From: Escherichia phage SF
Direction: 5' to 3' (one strand)
Length of the DNA: 64,000 bases
Sequence record: MH359124
In this document: piece after piece, positions 9,512-19,198 of the stretch
Position numbering within the stretch: position 1 is the first letter of the stretch
Layout of the letters: every line of letters starts with the position of its first letter
Translations under genes and position numbers: made by a program
Notes under the pieces: generated by a model
The model's input: only the letters and a program-made list of their open reading frames with translations
Told to the model about the DNA's origin: nothing
The model's database searches: none

Positions 9512-9931
9512 ATGAATATTGTAAATCTCTCTACAAGTGATTACGTATATGTATCTGTTGCTTCTCGCTCTAAAGTTGCTGGGAAGTTGGTTGAAGTTCT
9601 TTCTGTAAGTTGTGGACTCTTTAGTCCACATCAAGTTAAAGTTCGTGATGCTGATGGCAACATTGGCTACGTCTCAAGCCAATTCATTGAACCAGAAGAA
9701 AAAGCGTTCAAATGGGGACTATGCAGATCGGTTTCTGTTGAAAAAGACCATGAATTCACTATTGCTGCGGCAACTGATGGAACGCCGTGGAAAACTAAGC
9801 AAATCGCCGGATTTATTAGTGACCGTTGGGTAGAAGATGGTGTTAAGCTTTATAACATCGTTTTCGCTGGACAGTTCATGGTAGTTCCTGAATTCCAAAT
9901 TAAAAAATATAGCCCAGCTGCTTTCGCATAA
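9512..9931 (+). CDS. hypothetical protein, paralog family member 3
   Basis: 139 aa; VSVASRSKVAGKLVEV and GFISDRWVEDGVKLYNIVFAGQFMVV motifs. Confidence 0.6.
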   Translation: MNIVNLSTSDYVYVSVASRSKVAGKLVEVLSVSCGLFSPHQVKVRDADGNIGYVSSQFIEPEEKAFKWGLCRSVSVEKDHEFTIAAATDGTPWKTKQIAGFISDRWVEDGVKLYNIVFAGQFMVVPEFQIKKYSPAAFA

Positions 9932-9935
9932 AGTT

Positions 9936-9986
9936 GTTTACTTCTCCTCTGGTTTTGATATTATAACCATATCAACCAGAGGAGAA
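9936..9986 (+). promoter_or_regulatory. early promoter embedded in a 13-bp perfect inverted repeat (PeSL-like cassette)
   Basis: GTTTAC at 9936; arms TTCTCCTCTGGTT (9942-9954) and AACCAGAGGAGAA (9974-9986) flank TGATATTATAA; right arm contains the SD of ORF 9991. Confidence 0.55.
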
Positions 9987-9990
9987 TAAT

Positions 9991-10515
9991 ATGTTAGTTT
10001 ACCGCGTAGAACGTAGTTTTTGTACTCAACGTGAATCATTACCAGGAATTGCTATCGAAGACGGTAAAGCCGTCAGAATTTGGGAAACCTCTTGGAATAA
10101 AGAACCTCGTTCGCCATACGGTTGGTCGGGCACCGACAACTCTGAAGAAACATGGGAGTTCCTTGATAAGCATGGAATACTCTCAGGTAACTTCTACCAT
10201 CATGGCGACAACTACAATGTCTCTAATCGTCCTACAGTAAATGAAGACAAACTCCTTGAACAAAATATCTTAAGATACTATAGAATTGAGCACACATTTG
10301 AATTGAGTGAAGATTGGGCTCAAGGGTTCTATTTTGGATTTGAAAGTGTTGACGCGGTTTATGCATGGTTTGATGACCAGGTGGATGTTGAACTCTTGAA
10401 AGCTAAAGGATACTACATAGCGGTCTATGAAGCACCTGATTTCATCCTCGGAAGTTGTCAATTAATGTTTAGACGTTCATTGGCAGAACAAGTTGATTTT
10501 ATTTTGCTAAAATGA
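9991..10515 (+). CDS. hypothetical protein
   Basis: 174 aa, ATG with GAGGAG SD. Confidence 0.55.
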   Translation: MLVYRVERSFCTQRESLPGIAIEDGKAVRIWETSWNKEPRSPYGWSGTDNSEETWEFLDKHGILSGNFYHHGDNYNVSNRPTVNEDKLLEQNILRYYRIEHTFELSEDWAQGFYFGFESVDAVYAWFDDQVDVELLKAKGYYIAVYEAPDFILGSCQLMFRRSLAEQVDFILLK

Positions 10516-10549
10516 TGTACAACAACTATGGTCTATGATACTATAGACC
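10515..10549 (+). promoter_or_regulatory. early promoter with stem-loop (GGTCTAT/ATAGACC)
   Basis: ATGTAC, 18 bp, TACTAT; 7-bp inverted repeat around the -10. Confidence 0.45.
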
Positions 10550-10572
10550 TATCAAAACAAGAGGAGAATATT

Positions 10573-10800
10573 ATGAAACGTCAAATCATTAAAAACGTAA
10601 CTACTGATTCAAACATCGATGAGTTTGAAGATGTTCTGTTTAATCCTGATTTAGTTGTTGTACAGAAAAACTGGACCGAATTTTTATGCTACACTGAAGT
10701 GGTTTACGTTTACGAAAAACTCGGCGATGAAATGCCTATCTATGGTATCTTCCGTGAAATCACTGAAAATGGTACAACTTATTGGAAGGAAACTTACTAA
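10573..10800 (+). CDS. hypothetical protein
   Basis: Start moved to ATG 10573 after GAGGAG SD; 75 aa. Confidence 0.45.
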   Translation: MKRQIIKNVTTDSNIDEFEDVLFNPDLVVVQKNWTEFLCYTEVVYVYEKLGDEMPIYGIFREITENGTTYWKETY

Positions 10801-11210
10801 TGGCTAATAAATTCCGCGTTAACTCATGGTACCAATTTATAGATAAACGTGCCCAAGAAGAGTTTATTAAAGACCACACTGATAATGGGATTTATGCACG
10901 ACGTCTTGGCATGGAACCATTTAAAGTATTAGATGTTGACCATCTTGGACGTCCTACTAAAATTGTGACATCTACTGGCACGGTTGGATACGCAACAGGC
11001 GGTGATATCCTTGATGAAAACTTTATCTGGCTCTCCACGAATGAATCAGAGTTCTTTGACGAAGTTGAAAATCCATATCAAGCGTCCGAAGAGCAAGATT
11101 CTGGTAAACTTGACGAATTGTCTGAATTTCCAGTGATGACGATTACTATCGAAAATAACGACCAGGCATGGTCTTTGTATCAAATGTTGAAAGCACATTT
11201 TAAGGAATAA
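10800..11210 (+). CDS. hypothetical protein
   Basis: ATG 10800 overlapping upstream TAA; 136 aa. Confidence 0.5.
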   Translation: MANKFRVNSWYQFIDKRAQEEFIKDHTDNGIYARRLGMEPFKVLDVDHLGRPTKIVTSTGTVGYATGGDILDENFIWLSTNESEFFDEVENPYQASEEQDSGKLDELSEFPVMTITIENNDQAWSLYQMLKAHFKE

Positions 11211-11212
11211 TA

Positions 11213-11392
11213 ATGCCATTATACGACTATAAATGTCAATCTGAAGATTGTGGCCATGAATATGAAAAAATTAAAAGAATTTCTGAACGAGAAAACGATG
11301 TTTGCCCTGAATGTCATCGTTTGTCTACTCGTCGGGTTTCTGCTCCTAAACATGTGAACGGTGGTTTTTACGACTTACTTAAGAAGGGATAA
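11213..11392 (+). CDS. small zinc-ribbon protein (CxxC...CxxC)
   Basis: 59 aa; CQSEDC ... CPEC pattern; tightly packed between neighbours. Confidence 0.45.
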   Translation: MPLYDYKCQSEDCGHEYEKIKRISERENDVCPECHRLSTRRVSAPKHVNGGFYDLLKKG

Positions 11393-11394
11393 TT

Positions 11395-11820
11395 ATGGCT
11401 TTTAAAGGTTTTGAAGTTGGTAAGAAATATCGTATTATCAAAGGACAGGAAGATAATTTCTTGAGAATTCTTAATACGACTGGTAAACGTCTTAATACTA
11501 ATCTGCATACTACTTTATTGTCCAAAGATTTTATTGTGGAAGAGATGATTGGTTACGGCGTTTCGGTTATTGCCGTAGAAGCCGTAGGCGATTATGGCCG
11601 AACTATTCATAGTATGCAAGGTGATATTCTGCTTTATGGTGCAGAATTTAAATTCTTTGAAGAAGTTCCGGAACCAGATACATCTGTCGATTTCAAAAAA
11701 GGCTCTGTAGAATTTGTTGACGGTTCGGTGATCGTATCAGGTGATGTGGTCATTACAGTTAAAAGTGAACAAGGGCGTTTGGCTGCAATTGATGCACTTC
11801 AGAAAATTAAATTTAAATAA
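11395..11820 (+). CDS. hypothetical protein (immediately upstream of gene 39)
   Basis: 141 aa ORF followed by a terminator. Confidence 0.5.
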   Translation: MAFKGFEVGKKYRIIKGQEDNFLRILNTTGKRLNTNLHTTLLSKDFIVEEMIGYGVSVIAVEAVGDYGRTIHSMQGDILLYGAEFKFFEEVPEPDTSVDFKKGSVEFVDGSVIVSGDVVITVKSEQGRLAAIDALQKIKFK

Positions 11821-11838
11821 GGGCTTCGGCCCTTTTTG
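11821..11838 (+). terminator. rho-independent terminator (GGGC-UUCG-GCCC + T5)
   Basis: gggcttcggccc followed by ttttt. Confidence 0.55.
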
Positions 11839-11883
11839 CTTTAGATTTCGGATGATAGAATACCTTCATAACGAGGAGACGAC

Positions 11884-13701
11884 ATGATTAAAAATGAAAT
11901 TAAGGTATTGTCAGACGTAGAACATATTAAGAAACGTAGTGGCATGTATATTGGTTCTTCGGCCAAAGAAGCCCATGAGCGTTTTTTGTTTGGTAAATAT
12001 CAACAAGTTGAATATGTTCCTGGTCTGGTTAAATTAATCGATGAGATTATTGACAACTCGGTTGATGAAGCTATTCGTACATCATTTAAGTTTGCAAATA
12101 AAATTGATGTGCAAATTAAAAATAATCAAGTTTCGGTGGAAGATAACGGACGTGGTATTCCTCAAGGTTTAGTTACTGACCAAACAGGTGAACAAATTCC
12201 TGGGCCTGTAGCAGCCTGGACTATTCCAAAGGCTGGCGGTAACTTTGGTGATGACTCTGAACGTAAGACCGGTGGTATGAACGGCGTCGGGAGTAGTTTA
12301 ACTAATATCTTCTCTACGTTGTTTACAGGCATCACGTCAGATGGCGAAAATGAAATCACTGTTAACTGTTCAAACGGAATGGAAAACAAATCATGGTCTT
12401 CTAAGAAATCTAAAGGTAAAGGCACTAAAGTAATCTTCACTCCTGATTTCTCTTCATTTGAAGAGCATAATTTATCTCAAATTTATTTAGATATTACTTT
12501 AGACCGACTTCAAACATTGGCAGTCGTTTATCCTGATATCAAGTTCACATTTAATGGTAAAAAGGTTGATGGTAATTTTAAACGATTTGCTAAACAATTT
12601 GGCGAAGATAACATCATTCAAGAAAATGATAAAGTCTCTATAGCATTCACAACATCACCAGATGGCTTCCGTCATTTAACTTATGTGAATAACATCCATA
12701 CTAAAAATGGCGGTCATCACGTTGAATGTGTAATGGATGATATCTGCGAACATCTTTTGCCTGGTATTAAAAAGAAATATAAGGGTATTGAAGTCACTAA
12801 AGCTCGTGTTAAAGAATGTCTCACAATGTTGATGTTTATTAGAGACATGAGCAACATGCGTTTTGATTCTCAGACTAAAGAACGTTTAACGTCAACGTAT
12901 GGCGATATTCGTAATCATATCCAATTAGATACTAAGAAAATTGCTCAGGCACTTCTTAAAAACGAAGCCTTGATTATGCCTATTGTTGAAGCAGCATTAG
13001 CTCGTAAATTGGCAGCAGAAAAAGCTGCAGAAACTAAAGCAGCTAAAAAGGCAACTAAAGCTAAGGTTCATAAGCATATTAAAGCTAACCAATGTGGTAA
13101 AGATGCAGATACGACATTGTTTTTAACAGAAGGTGATTCTGCAATTGGTTATCTCATTGATGTTCGTGACCGTGAACTACACGGCGGATTTCCATTACGT
13201 GGTAAGGTGATGAATAGCTGGGGTATGTCATATGCTGATATGATGAAGAACAAAGAGCTCTTTGATATCTGTGCTATCACAGGTCTTATTCTTGGTGAAA
13301 AGGCAGAGAATACGAACTATCGTAATATTGCAATTATGACCGATGCCGATCATGACGGTCTTGGAAGTATTTATCCGGCTTTGCTTGCTTTCTTTAGTAA
13401 TTGGCCTGAATTGTTTGAACAAGGACGTATTCGCTTTGTTAAAACGCCTGTAATTATTGCACAAATTGGCAAAACTCAAAAATGGTTTTATACTGTAACT
13501 GAGTATGAAGAAGCTAAAGATACACTGCCTAAGCATAGTATTCGATACATCAAAGGATTGGGCTCCCTTGAAAAGTCAGAATATCGTGAAATGATTCAGA
13601 ACCCTGTGTACGACGTAGTTAAACTTCCTGAAAATTGGAAAGAACTCTTTGAAATGTTGTTGGGTGATGATTCAGAACTTCGTAAAGAATGGATGTCCTA
13701 A
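11884..13701 (+). CDS. 39: DNA topoisomerase II large subunit, undivided gp39+gp60
   Basis: 605 aa; N-terminal GHKL ATPase region matches recalled T4 gp39 and C-terminal part (IAIMTDADHDGLGSIYP...LRKEWMS) matches T4 gp60 in one continuous frame. Confidence 0.9.
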   Translation: MIKNEIKVLSDVEHIKKRSGMYIGSSAKEAHERFLFGKYQQVEYVPGLVKLIDEIIDNSVDEAIRTSFKFANKIDVQIKNNQVSVEDNGRGIPQGLVTDQTGEQIPGPVAAWTIPKAGGNFGDDSERKTGGMNGVGSSLTNIFSTLFTGITSDGENEITVNCSNGMENKSWSSKKSKGKGTKVIFTPDFSSFEEHNLSQIYLDITLDRLQTLAVVYPDIKFTFNGKKVDGNFKRFAKQFGEDNIIQENDKVSIAFTTSPDGFRHLTYVNNIHTKNGGHHVECVMDDICEHLLPGIKKKYKGIEVTKARVKECLTMLMFIRDMSNMRFDSQTKERLTSTYGDIRNHIQLDTKKIAQALLKNEALIMPIVEAALARKLAAEKAAETKAAKKATKAKVHKHIKANQCGKDADTTLFLTEGDSAIGYLIDVRDRELHGGFPLRGKVMNSWGMSYADMMKNKELFDICAITGLILGEKAENTNYRNIAIMTDADHDGLGSIYPALLAFFSNWPELFEQGRIRFVKTPVIIAQIGKTQKWFYTVTEYEEAKDTLPKHSIRYIKGLGSLEKSEYREMIQNPVYDVVKLPENWKELFEMLLGDDSELRKEWMS

Positions 13702-13725
13702 GCTCCTTCGGGAGCTTCATTTTAA
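13701..13725 (+). terminator. putative terminator hairpin after gene 39
   Basis: agctcc-ttcg-ggagct followed by a T-rich tract. Confidence 0.45.
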
Positions 13726-13743
13726 TTTTAATAAGGCTTAATT

Positions 13744-14844
13744 ATGAAAGTTATGTTTATCCCATCTCGTGCAGTCCCATTTAATCCTGACCGTGTACAA
13801 GGTGGTCTTGAAGCAGTACATTTAAATGTGCTGAAATATTTAGTTTCTATTGGTGCCGATATTGATTATATCGGTTTTGATAATGACACGTTTGGTGACT
13901 GGAAAGTTACACACCACCCTGTTGGACATCTGACTAAATTCAGTCTAGGTATGAGTTATACTATGGCTCGTAAGATTGTTGAACTAGCCGGCATCCATGA
14001 ATACGATTTTGTTGTTACTATGGAACCGACTAAACTAACCGTTCAGGCAATTAAAGACGCAGGTCTCTCTAAAGTTCATAAGAATTTTATGGCAACACCA
14101 TTTGAACCTGTATCTCGTGGCATTGTTCAAATTTGGGACCAGACTATTCAAATTCATAAGAATGGTGGTAAGAGTTATGCTCCTACTAAAGCCTTCCGTG
14201 AATTTGAACGCAAATATTGTTATATGACTTCAGGTCTGACTGACAAAATTGATTATGATTATTGGCGAGCAAATCCGTTGTTTGAAGCCGAAGATTATCC
14301 GGTTATTTGTTTGAATGAGAAACCTGAAGTTCTTCCTGCGACTGATCTGATTATTAGTGCACAACGTTATGACACTAAAATGCGTCGTACTGATGTTGCT
14401 CTTGAAGCGATTAAAGCACTAGGCGAAAATGGTGTAGGATACTGTCCAAGCAAATGGGCACCACCAGCTAAATATCCTGTTATTATTGATGCTCCACACA
14501 GTGAAATCATGGAACGTCTTAAAACAGCTAAAGCACTTATTAATACGTGTCCTGACACAGGTACGGTAGAGAATAGTTCTATTGAAGCCATCTCTAAAGG
14601 TGTCCCTGTAATCCAGTTAGTTTTTAAGGATTATCCTCATGCGACATTCGAATACGACCCAGATACTGTGCGTGTAGAAATTGATTCCTCTACTCCTAAG
14701 AAAGAAGTAGTTGCGCTTTACACAAAAGCTGTATTAGAATTCACTGACACATACGAAGCTCGAGTTAAACGTGCTGAAGCAGTATGGAAGAAGTATAACC
14801 GAGATGCAGTTGTTGCGATGTGGGATAAAATCTTCACAGCGTAA
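13744..14844 (+). CDS. putative GT-B fold glycosyltransferase (GT4-like); function inferred from motifs only
   Basis: 366 aa; N-terminal MKVMFI...GGLE and C-terminal TGTVENSSIEAISKGVPVI resemble GT4 donor-binding motifs; not similar to recalled T4 alpha-gt or beta-gt. Confidence 0.5.
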   Translation: MKVMFIPSRAVPFNPDRVQGGLEAVHLNVLKYLVSIGADIDYIGFDNDTFGDWKVTHHPVGHLTKFSLGMSYTMARKIVELAGIHEYDFVVTMEPTKLTVQAIKDAGLSKVHKNFMATPFEPVSRGIVQIWDQTIQIHKNGGKSYAPTKAFREFERKYCYMTSGLTDKIDYDYWRANPLFEAEDYPVICLNEKPEVLPATDLIISAQRYDTKMRRTDVALEAIKALGENGVGYCPSKWAPPAKYPVIIDAPHSEIMERLKTAKALINTCPDTGTVENSSIEAISKGVPVIQLVFKDYPHATFEYDPDTVRVEIDSSTPKKEVVALYTKAVLEFTDTYEARVKRAEAVWKKYNRDAVVAMWDKIFTA

Positions 14845-14860
14845 ATCCTGAATAGCCTGA

Positions 14861-14911
14861 GGCACTATTACACATAAGATGATAGATTATATGGTCTTTA
14901 GTAATAGTGCC
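14861..14911 (+). promoter_or_regulatory. inverted-repeat cassette (11-bp arms) with -10-like element upstream of ORF 14937
   Basis: GGCACTATTAC (14861-14871) and GTAATAGTGCC (14901-14911) flank TAGATTATAT. Confidence 0.35.
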
Positions 14912-14936
14912 CTAGGAATCTACTGAAGAGAATATT

Positions 14937-15137
14937 ATGAGAACATATAACGTGGACTTGGAACTTTTTGATAAAGCTGTGCTCCGGGAATTCCGGCTTA
15001 TCCAAAGGTTTTTTGATATCGAGTCAGCTGAAGCCTTTAAAGAACGCTTTAAGGAAATTCGATATAAAATACAAACCGATACAGCTACTAAAGAAGAACT
15101 TCTTGAAGTAGCAGAAATTTTTAAACGTAACTTGTGA
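14937..15137 (+). CDS. hypothetical protein
   Basis: 66 aa, predicted helical, charged. Confidence 0.45.
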   Translation: MRTYNVDLELFDKAVLREFRLIQRFFDIESAEAFKERFKEIRYKIQTDTATKEELLEVAEIFKRNL

Positions 15138-15149
15138 TGAGAGAAAAAT

Positions 15150-17363
15150 ATGATTATTGAAACGGCTAAAGAAACGATTATCGGTTCAGGCGGTAAGAGC
15201 ACAGCATTTACTATTCAAGGCAATAGCAAAGTTTATAAGATTTTGTCTAATGACCTTTATACAAACAAAGAATTGGCTTGTGTACGTGAATTAATCACAA
15301 ACTGTATTGATGGACAAATTCTTAATGGTTGCACTGATAAGTTTATTGTTCAGGCTCCAGGTCGTTTAGACCCACGTTTTGTAGTTCGAGACTTTGGTCC
15401 TGGTATGAGTGATTTCACCATTCGAGGTAATGACGAAGAGCCAGGAATCTATAACTCATATTTTGCTTCAACTAAAACATCGAGTAACGATTTCATTGGT
15501 GGATTCGGACTCGGTTCTAAAGCTCCACTAGCATATACTGATACGTTTAACATTACTTCTTATCATAATGGTGAAGTTCGTGGTTACGTAATCTACCAAG
15601 ATGACACGGGTCCACAAATTAAGCCAACATTTGTAGATAAGATGGGTCCTGATGACAGGACCGGCGTTGAAGTAGTTGTGCCTGTTAACCCAGAAGATTT
15701 TGAAAAGTTCGCATCCGAAATTGCTTATGTTATGCGTCCTCTCGGCGATATTGCAGAAGTTCGTGGTGTTAAAGATATCAAATACTTCCCAGAATTTGAT
15801 GATGTTTATTTAGCCAAGGAAGCTCCATGGGGTGAACGTGGTAATATCATGGCTGTTTATGGTGGTATTGTATATCCAATCGGAAGTGTTATTAAAGAAC
15901 AAACATGGATGATGACGCGATGCACTACAGCTTATATTAAATTCCCTATGGGTGAACTAGATGTAGCCCCGTCTCGTGAAGCATTGTCATTTGATAAACG
16001 TACAGTAGCAAATATCCATAAACGCGTTGCAGAAATCGATGCAAAATTATTTGCTGAAGATTCTAAGAAATGGATTGATTGTGAATATCCACGTCATGTA
16101 TTCCGTGAAATCGATTCTCTTGGTTACTCTGCTCGTAAATACATGGAAAAAGCTGGTTCTAATATTGAATCACTGAAATATTCTAAAGAACAGCTAACTT
16201 ATTCTGAGTTGTACAAACGTTTTAAAATGGGACCTGAATGGTGCAACCTTGGCGTTGTATATGATATCGTTTCAGACCCACGGCTTCGTCGTATTCGTGA
16301 AAGCGGAAGCTCGTCTTCAACTATTTCAATTAATAGCCTGCTAGGTATTAGTCGTAAGCATATTGATATTGTTATTGACGATGTGAAAGGCCGCGTACCA
16401 ATGATGCGTGCTCTGAACGATGCTTTGACTTCCACCGATGCATCAACACTCGTTGATAAGGTTCCTTCCGGATGGGGTAGTAGCGTATTATTCATTAACC
16501 CAGAAGACGAAGTTGCAATGAAACTTCTGGAACGATTAAAGGTTATTTTCGCTGGTGATAGCCTTAAATTTTATAAGACCTCCGAAATTCTTGCATTGGT
16601 TAAACCGTGGATTGAAGTTAAAGAACGTTCATCACAGCCTCGTCCTAAATCACCGAGTGCTCATCGGTTCTTTAAGAATGAAAACGATGTTTGGGTATCA
16701 GAAGATCTCTTTATTCCGGCCGGTAAAGCTGATGAGATTCAAGGTTATGTTGTAATTCGTAATCGTTCTAACGCTGAATGTCTTGACGCAGATAAAGGTT
16801 GGTTGAACTATGATTCTAGTTTCTTGACTCGTATTGCCGATTTGTCAGGTATTAAAGAGTTCACTGTAGTTCGCCCACAGATTGCTAAGAAAGTTCGTAA
16901 ACTTGGTGAAGTAGAATGCTTGTTCGAAAAATCAATTAATGACTATATTATGCTAATCGATAAAGTAGATTATGATGAGTATGTATCACCAAGTCGTAGA
17001 GCACAGCCTTATTTGAATCATATTACTCGTAATGAAGAGCTTAACTTCCTCAGTAAGTATTTTAGCTCTAAGAACAAAGAAATCAGTAAAGATTTTGCAA
17101 AACTTTCAACAGTAAATAATCGTTGGGGATGGAATCGATTCGCAGGTGCTGATAACAGAGACCTGAACAGGAAGTTAGAATTGTGTGCTAAAATTTTCGA
17201 TAAGCTTAAAGATAATGCTTACGATAATGATGATAAAATGGTTATTGAATTTGAAACCAATTATCATATTGTGTCAGAATACATGGGACGACGTGGTACT
17301 CTTTCTAAAGAACAGGTCGCTCAAATCGTTAAATTCATGAAGGCCGTGGAAGCGGCCAAATAA
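15150..17363 (+). CDS. rIIA: rIIA protein
   Basis: 737 aa; N-terminal region (VRELITN, GRLDPRFV.RDFGPGMSDF, NDFIGGFGLGSK, IYGGIVYPI) closely matches recalled T4 rIIA. Confidence 0.9.
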   Translation: MIIETAKETIIGSGGKSTAFTIQGNSKVYKILSNDLYTNKELACVRELITNCIDGQILNGCTDKFIVQAPGRLDPRFVVRDFGPGMSDFTIRGNDEEPGIYNSYFASTKTSSNDFIGGFGLGSKAPLAYTDTFNITSYHNGEVRGYVIYQDDTGPQIKPTFVDKMGPDDRTGVEVVVPVNPEDFEKFASEIAYVMRPLGDIAEVRGVKDIKYFPEFDDVYLAKEAPWGERGNIMAVYGGIVYPIGSVIKEQTWMMTRCTTAYIKFPMGELDVAPSREALSFDKRTVANIHKRVAEIDAKLFAEDSKKWIDCEYPRHVFREIDSLGYSARKYMEKAGSNIESLKYSKEQLTYSELYKRFKMGPEWCNLGVVYDIVSDPRLRRIRESGSSSSTISINSLLGISRKHIDIVIDDVKGRVPMMRALNDALTSTDASTLVDKVPSGWGSSVLFINPEDEVAMKLLERLKVIFAGDSLKFYKTSEILALVKPWIEVKERSSQPRPKSPSAHRFFKNENDVWVSEDLFIPAGKADEIQGYVVIRNRSNAECLDADKGWLNYDSSFLTRIADLSGIKEFTVVRPQIAKKVRKLGEVECLFEKSINDYIMLIDKVDYDEYVSPSRRAQPYLNHITRNEELNFLSKYFSSKNKEISKDFAKLSTVNNRWGWNRFAGADNRDLNRKLELCAKIFDKLKDNAYDNDDKMVIEFETNYHIVSEYMGRRGTLSKEQVAQIVKFMKAVEAAK

Positions 17364-17372
17364 GGAAACATT

Positions 17373-18308
17373 ATGTACAATATCAAATGCTTGTCCCAAG
17401 AAGAACAGTTAGAAGCTTACAACCTGGTCAAATCAGGCAAATGGACCCGTAAAGAAATTGCCGATTACTTCGACATTTCAACAGATACTCTTCGTAAGAT
17501 TGTTAAGAATTTTAAAGCTGAAGAGAAAGCAGCTAAATTTGAAGACGAAGAACAGGTCCCAGAAAATAATGAACCTATTATTACAGGTCATCGTCCAGAA
17601 ATCGTATGGAACGCGTCATCTAAATTTATTTCAATCATTGAAGGACGCGTAGCATACAATGCGACCCCATCAAGTCATGCAAATTTTGAAGAAATTAAAG
17701 CTAATTTGGTCGCAGGAAACCTTAGTAAAGCTGTCGAACTTATTAACATCAAGAAAGCTATTACTAAGTTTGTTGACGGTAATGTTACTATTGAAGGTGG
17801 TAGTTTATTTTATCAAGGTATAGAGATTCGTTCAGGACTGGTTAATCGTATTATTGATTCCATGGAAAAAGGCGAAGACTTTAAATTCTATCTGCCGTTC
17901 CTTGAAAACCTGTTAGAAAACCCAAGCGAAAAAGCTGTACAACGTTTATTCGACTTCTTGGTTGCAAACGATATTGAAATCACTGAAGATGGGCATTTCT
18001 ATGCGTGGAAAGTAGTTCGTAAAGACTATTTAGATTGCTATAGCGGTACATTTGATAACTCGCCTGGTAAAGTTGTTTCAATGCCTCGTACTCGTGTTAA
18101 CGATGATGATACTCAAACCTGCTCCCGTGGTCTACATGTTTGTGCTAAATCATATATTCGTTACTTTGGTTCTAGCTCAGATAAAGTTGTTAAGGTTAAA
18201 GTTCATCCACGTGATGTTGTATCTATCCCAGTTGACTATGGCGATGCTAAGATGCGTACTTGTCGTTATGAAGTAATTTCAGACGTTACTGAATTATTTG
18301 CAGAATAA
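17373..18308 (+). CDS. rIIB: rIIB protein
   Basis: 311 aa; MYNIKCL..., C-terminal third nearly identical to recalled T4 rIIB (FDFLVANDIEITEDG, VVSMPRTRVNDDDTQTCSRGLHVC). Confidence 0.9.
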   Translation: MYNIKCLSQEEQLEAYNLVKSGKWTRKEIADYFDISTDTLRKIVKNFKAEEKAAKFEDEEQVPENNEPIITGHRPEIVWNASSKFISIIEGRVAYNATPSSHANFEEIKANLVAGNLSKAVELINIKKAITKFVDGNVTIEGGSLFYQGIEIRSGLVNRIIDSMEKGEDFKFYLPFLENLLENPSEKAVQRLFDFLVANDIEITEDGHFYAWKVVRKDYLDCYSGTFDNSPGKVVSMPRTRVNDDDTQTCSRGLHVCAKSYIRYFGSSSDKVVKVKVHPRDVVSIPVDYGDAKMRTCRYEVISDVTELFAE

Positions 18309-18313
18309 TAATT

Positions 18314-18337
18314 GGGGACTTCGGTCCCCTTTTTTCT
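18314..18337 (+). terminator. rho-independent terminator after rIIB
   Basis: ggggac-ttcg-gtcccc followed by T6. Confidence 0.6.
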
Positions 18338-18349
18338 TTAGGGGTAATT

Positions 18350-18637
18350 ATGATTCATCCATTTGACGTATCAGAATCCAAAATTGCTAATCTTCGTGGT
18401 CATCATAAGTGTAAATCAGTTTATTGCGCTAAATTGGTAAAACATCCTGGCGATGCACACTACGGCTGGTTAGAATGCGACGAAGTTGTTATTGAAATTC
18501 CGCCTGTAGATGCAGAATATCTTGAAGAAGGTGATCGCATTTATTTTGGCGAACTACACATCAGAGGTATCTATGGTAAAGACGAACTTGGGGCTGTTGA
18601 GACTGAAGAATCTTCCGACATTTATCCTGTCGAATGA
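18350..18637 (+). CDS. hypothetical protein (rIIB-ndd interval, denB region)
   Basis: 95 aa, His/Cys-containing; ATG right after terminator. Confidence 0.45.
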   Translation: MIHPFDVSESKIANLRGHHKCKSVYCAKLVKHPGDAHYGWLECDEVVIEIPPVDAEYLEEGDRIYFGELHIRGIYGKDELGAVETEESSDIYPVE

Positions 18638-18653
18638 GTTTTTGACTAGTGAA

Positions 18654-19130
18654 ATGAAGGTGAAGATTGCTGACACTGCTCGGTATTCCCTGAGCCAAAA
18701 TCCTGGCCAAAACAAAGAAGATGTAGTTCGACGTTGTAAGGTTGCGGTCTTTGCAGAGTATGTAGTAGCAAATTGGCTAGACGGATATGTTAATAAAGGT
18801 ATTGAAGACGTAGAAGACCCATACACGTATGCATGGGACGTGTTAGCCCATCCCAAGTATTGCGGAATTCGTGTAGAAGTCAAGACACACCAGATAGATT
18901 CTAAATGGATTTCGGTTACCACAGGATACAGTGGTGATTATCCGGGTGGTAATGGAATCAATATAGGGCCCTTCTTGAACCATCGAGTCGCAGACTGCAT
19001 TATTATATTAGATGTCAAAGAAACCTCACCTGACGTCTTCTCTTATTCTATAAAGTTCGTGGGAGACCATGAAGACCTAAAGAAAATCGTCCGCAAGAGC
19101 AACTACAACGGGTGGTATCTTCATCTTTAA
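18654..19130 (+). CDS. hypothetical protein (possible denB-region product)
   Basis: Track ORF 18510 trimmed to the first ATG after the upstream stop; 158 aa; weak SD. Confidence 0.4.
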   Translation: MKVKIADTARYSLSQNPGQNKEDVVRRCKVAVFAEYVVANWLDGYVNKGIEDVEDPYTYAWDVLAHPKYCGIRVEVKTHQIDSKWISVTTGYSGDYPGGNGINIGPFLNHRVADCIIILDVKETSPDVFSYSIKFVGDHEDLKKIVRKSNYNGWYLHL

Positions 19131-19142
19131 TTTCATAAAAGT

Positions 19143-19180
19143 GTTTACAACTAAGTAGGACTATGATACAGTAGTCCTAT
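19143..19180 (+). promoter_or_regulatory. early promoter with stem-loop (TAGGACTA/TAGTCCTA)
   Basis: GTTTAC at 19143; 8-bp inverted repeat around TGATACAG. Confidence 0.5.
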
Positions 19181-19198
19181 CTAAAAGAGGATAGCATC

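Noticed and set aside
518-16495. Many 60-120 aa ORFs in the six-frame track on the strand opposite to long genes (e.g. 518..760-, 923..1108-, 1643..1843-, 6664..6912-, 7075..7422-, 12162..12440-, 13228..13536-, 14367..14591-, 16199..16495-)
   Set aside because: They lie entirely inside well-supported genes (61, 56, dda, 39, the GT-like ORF, rIIA) on the antisense strand and have no SD; treated as shadow ORFs.
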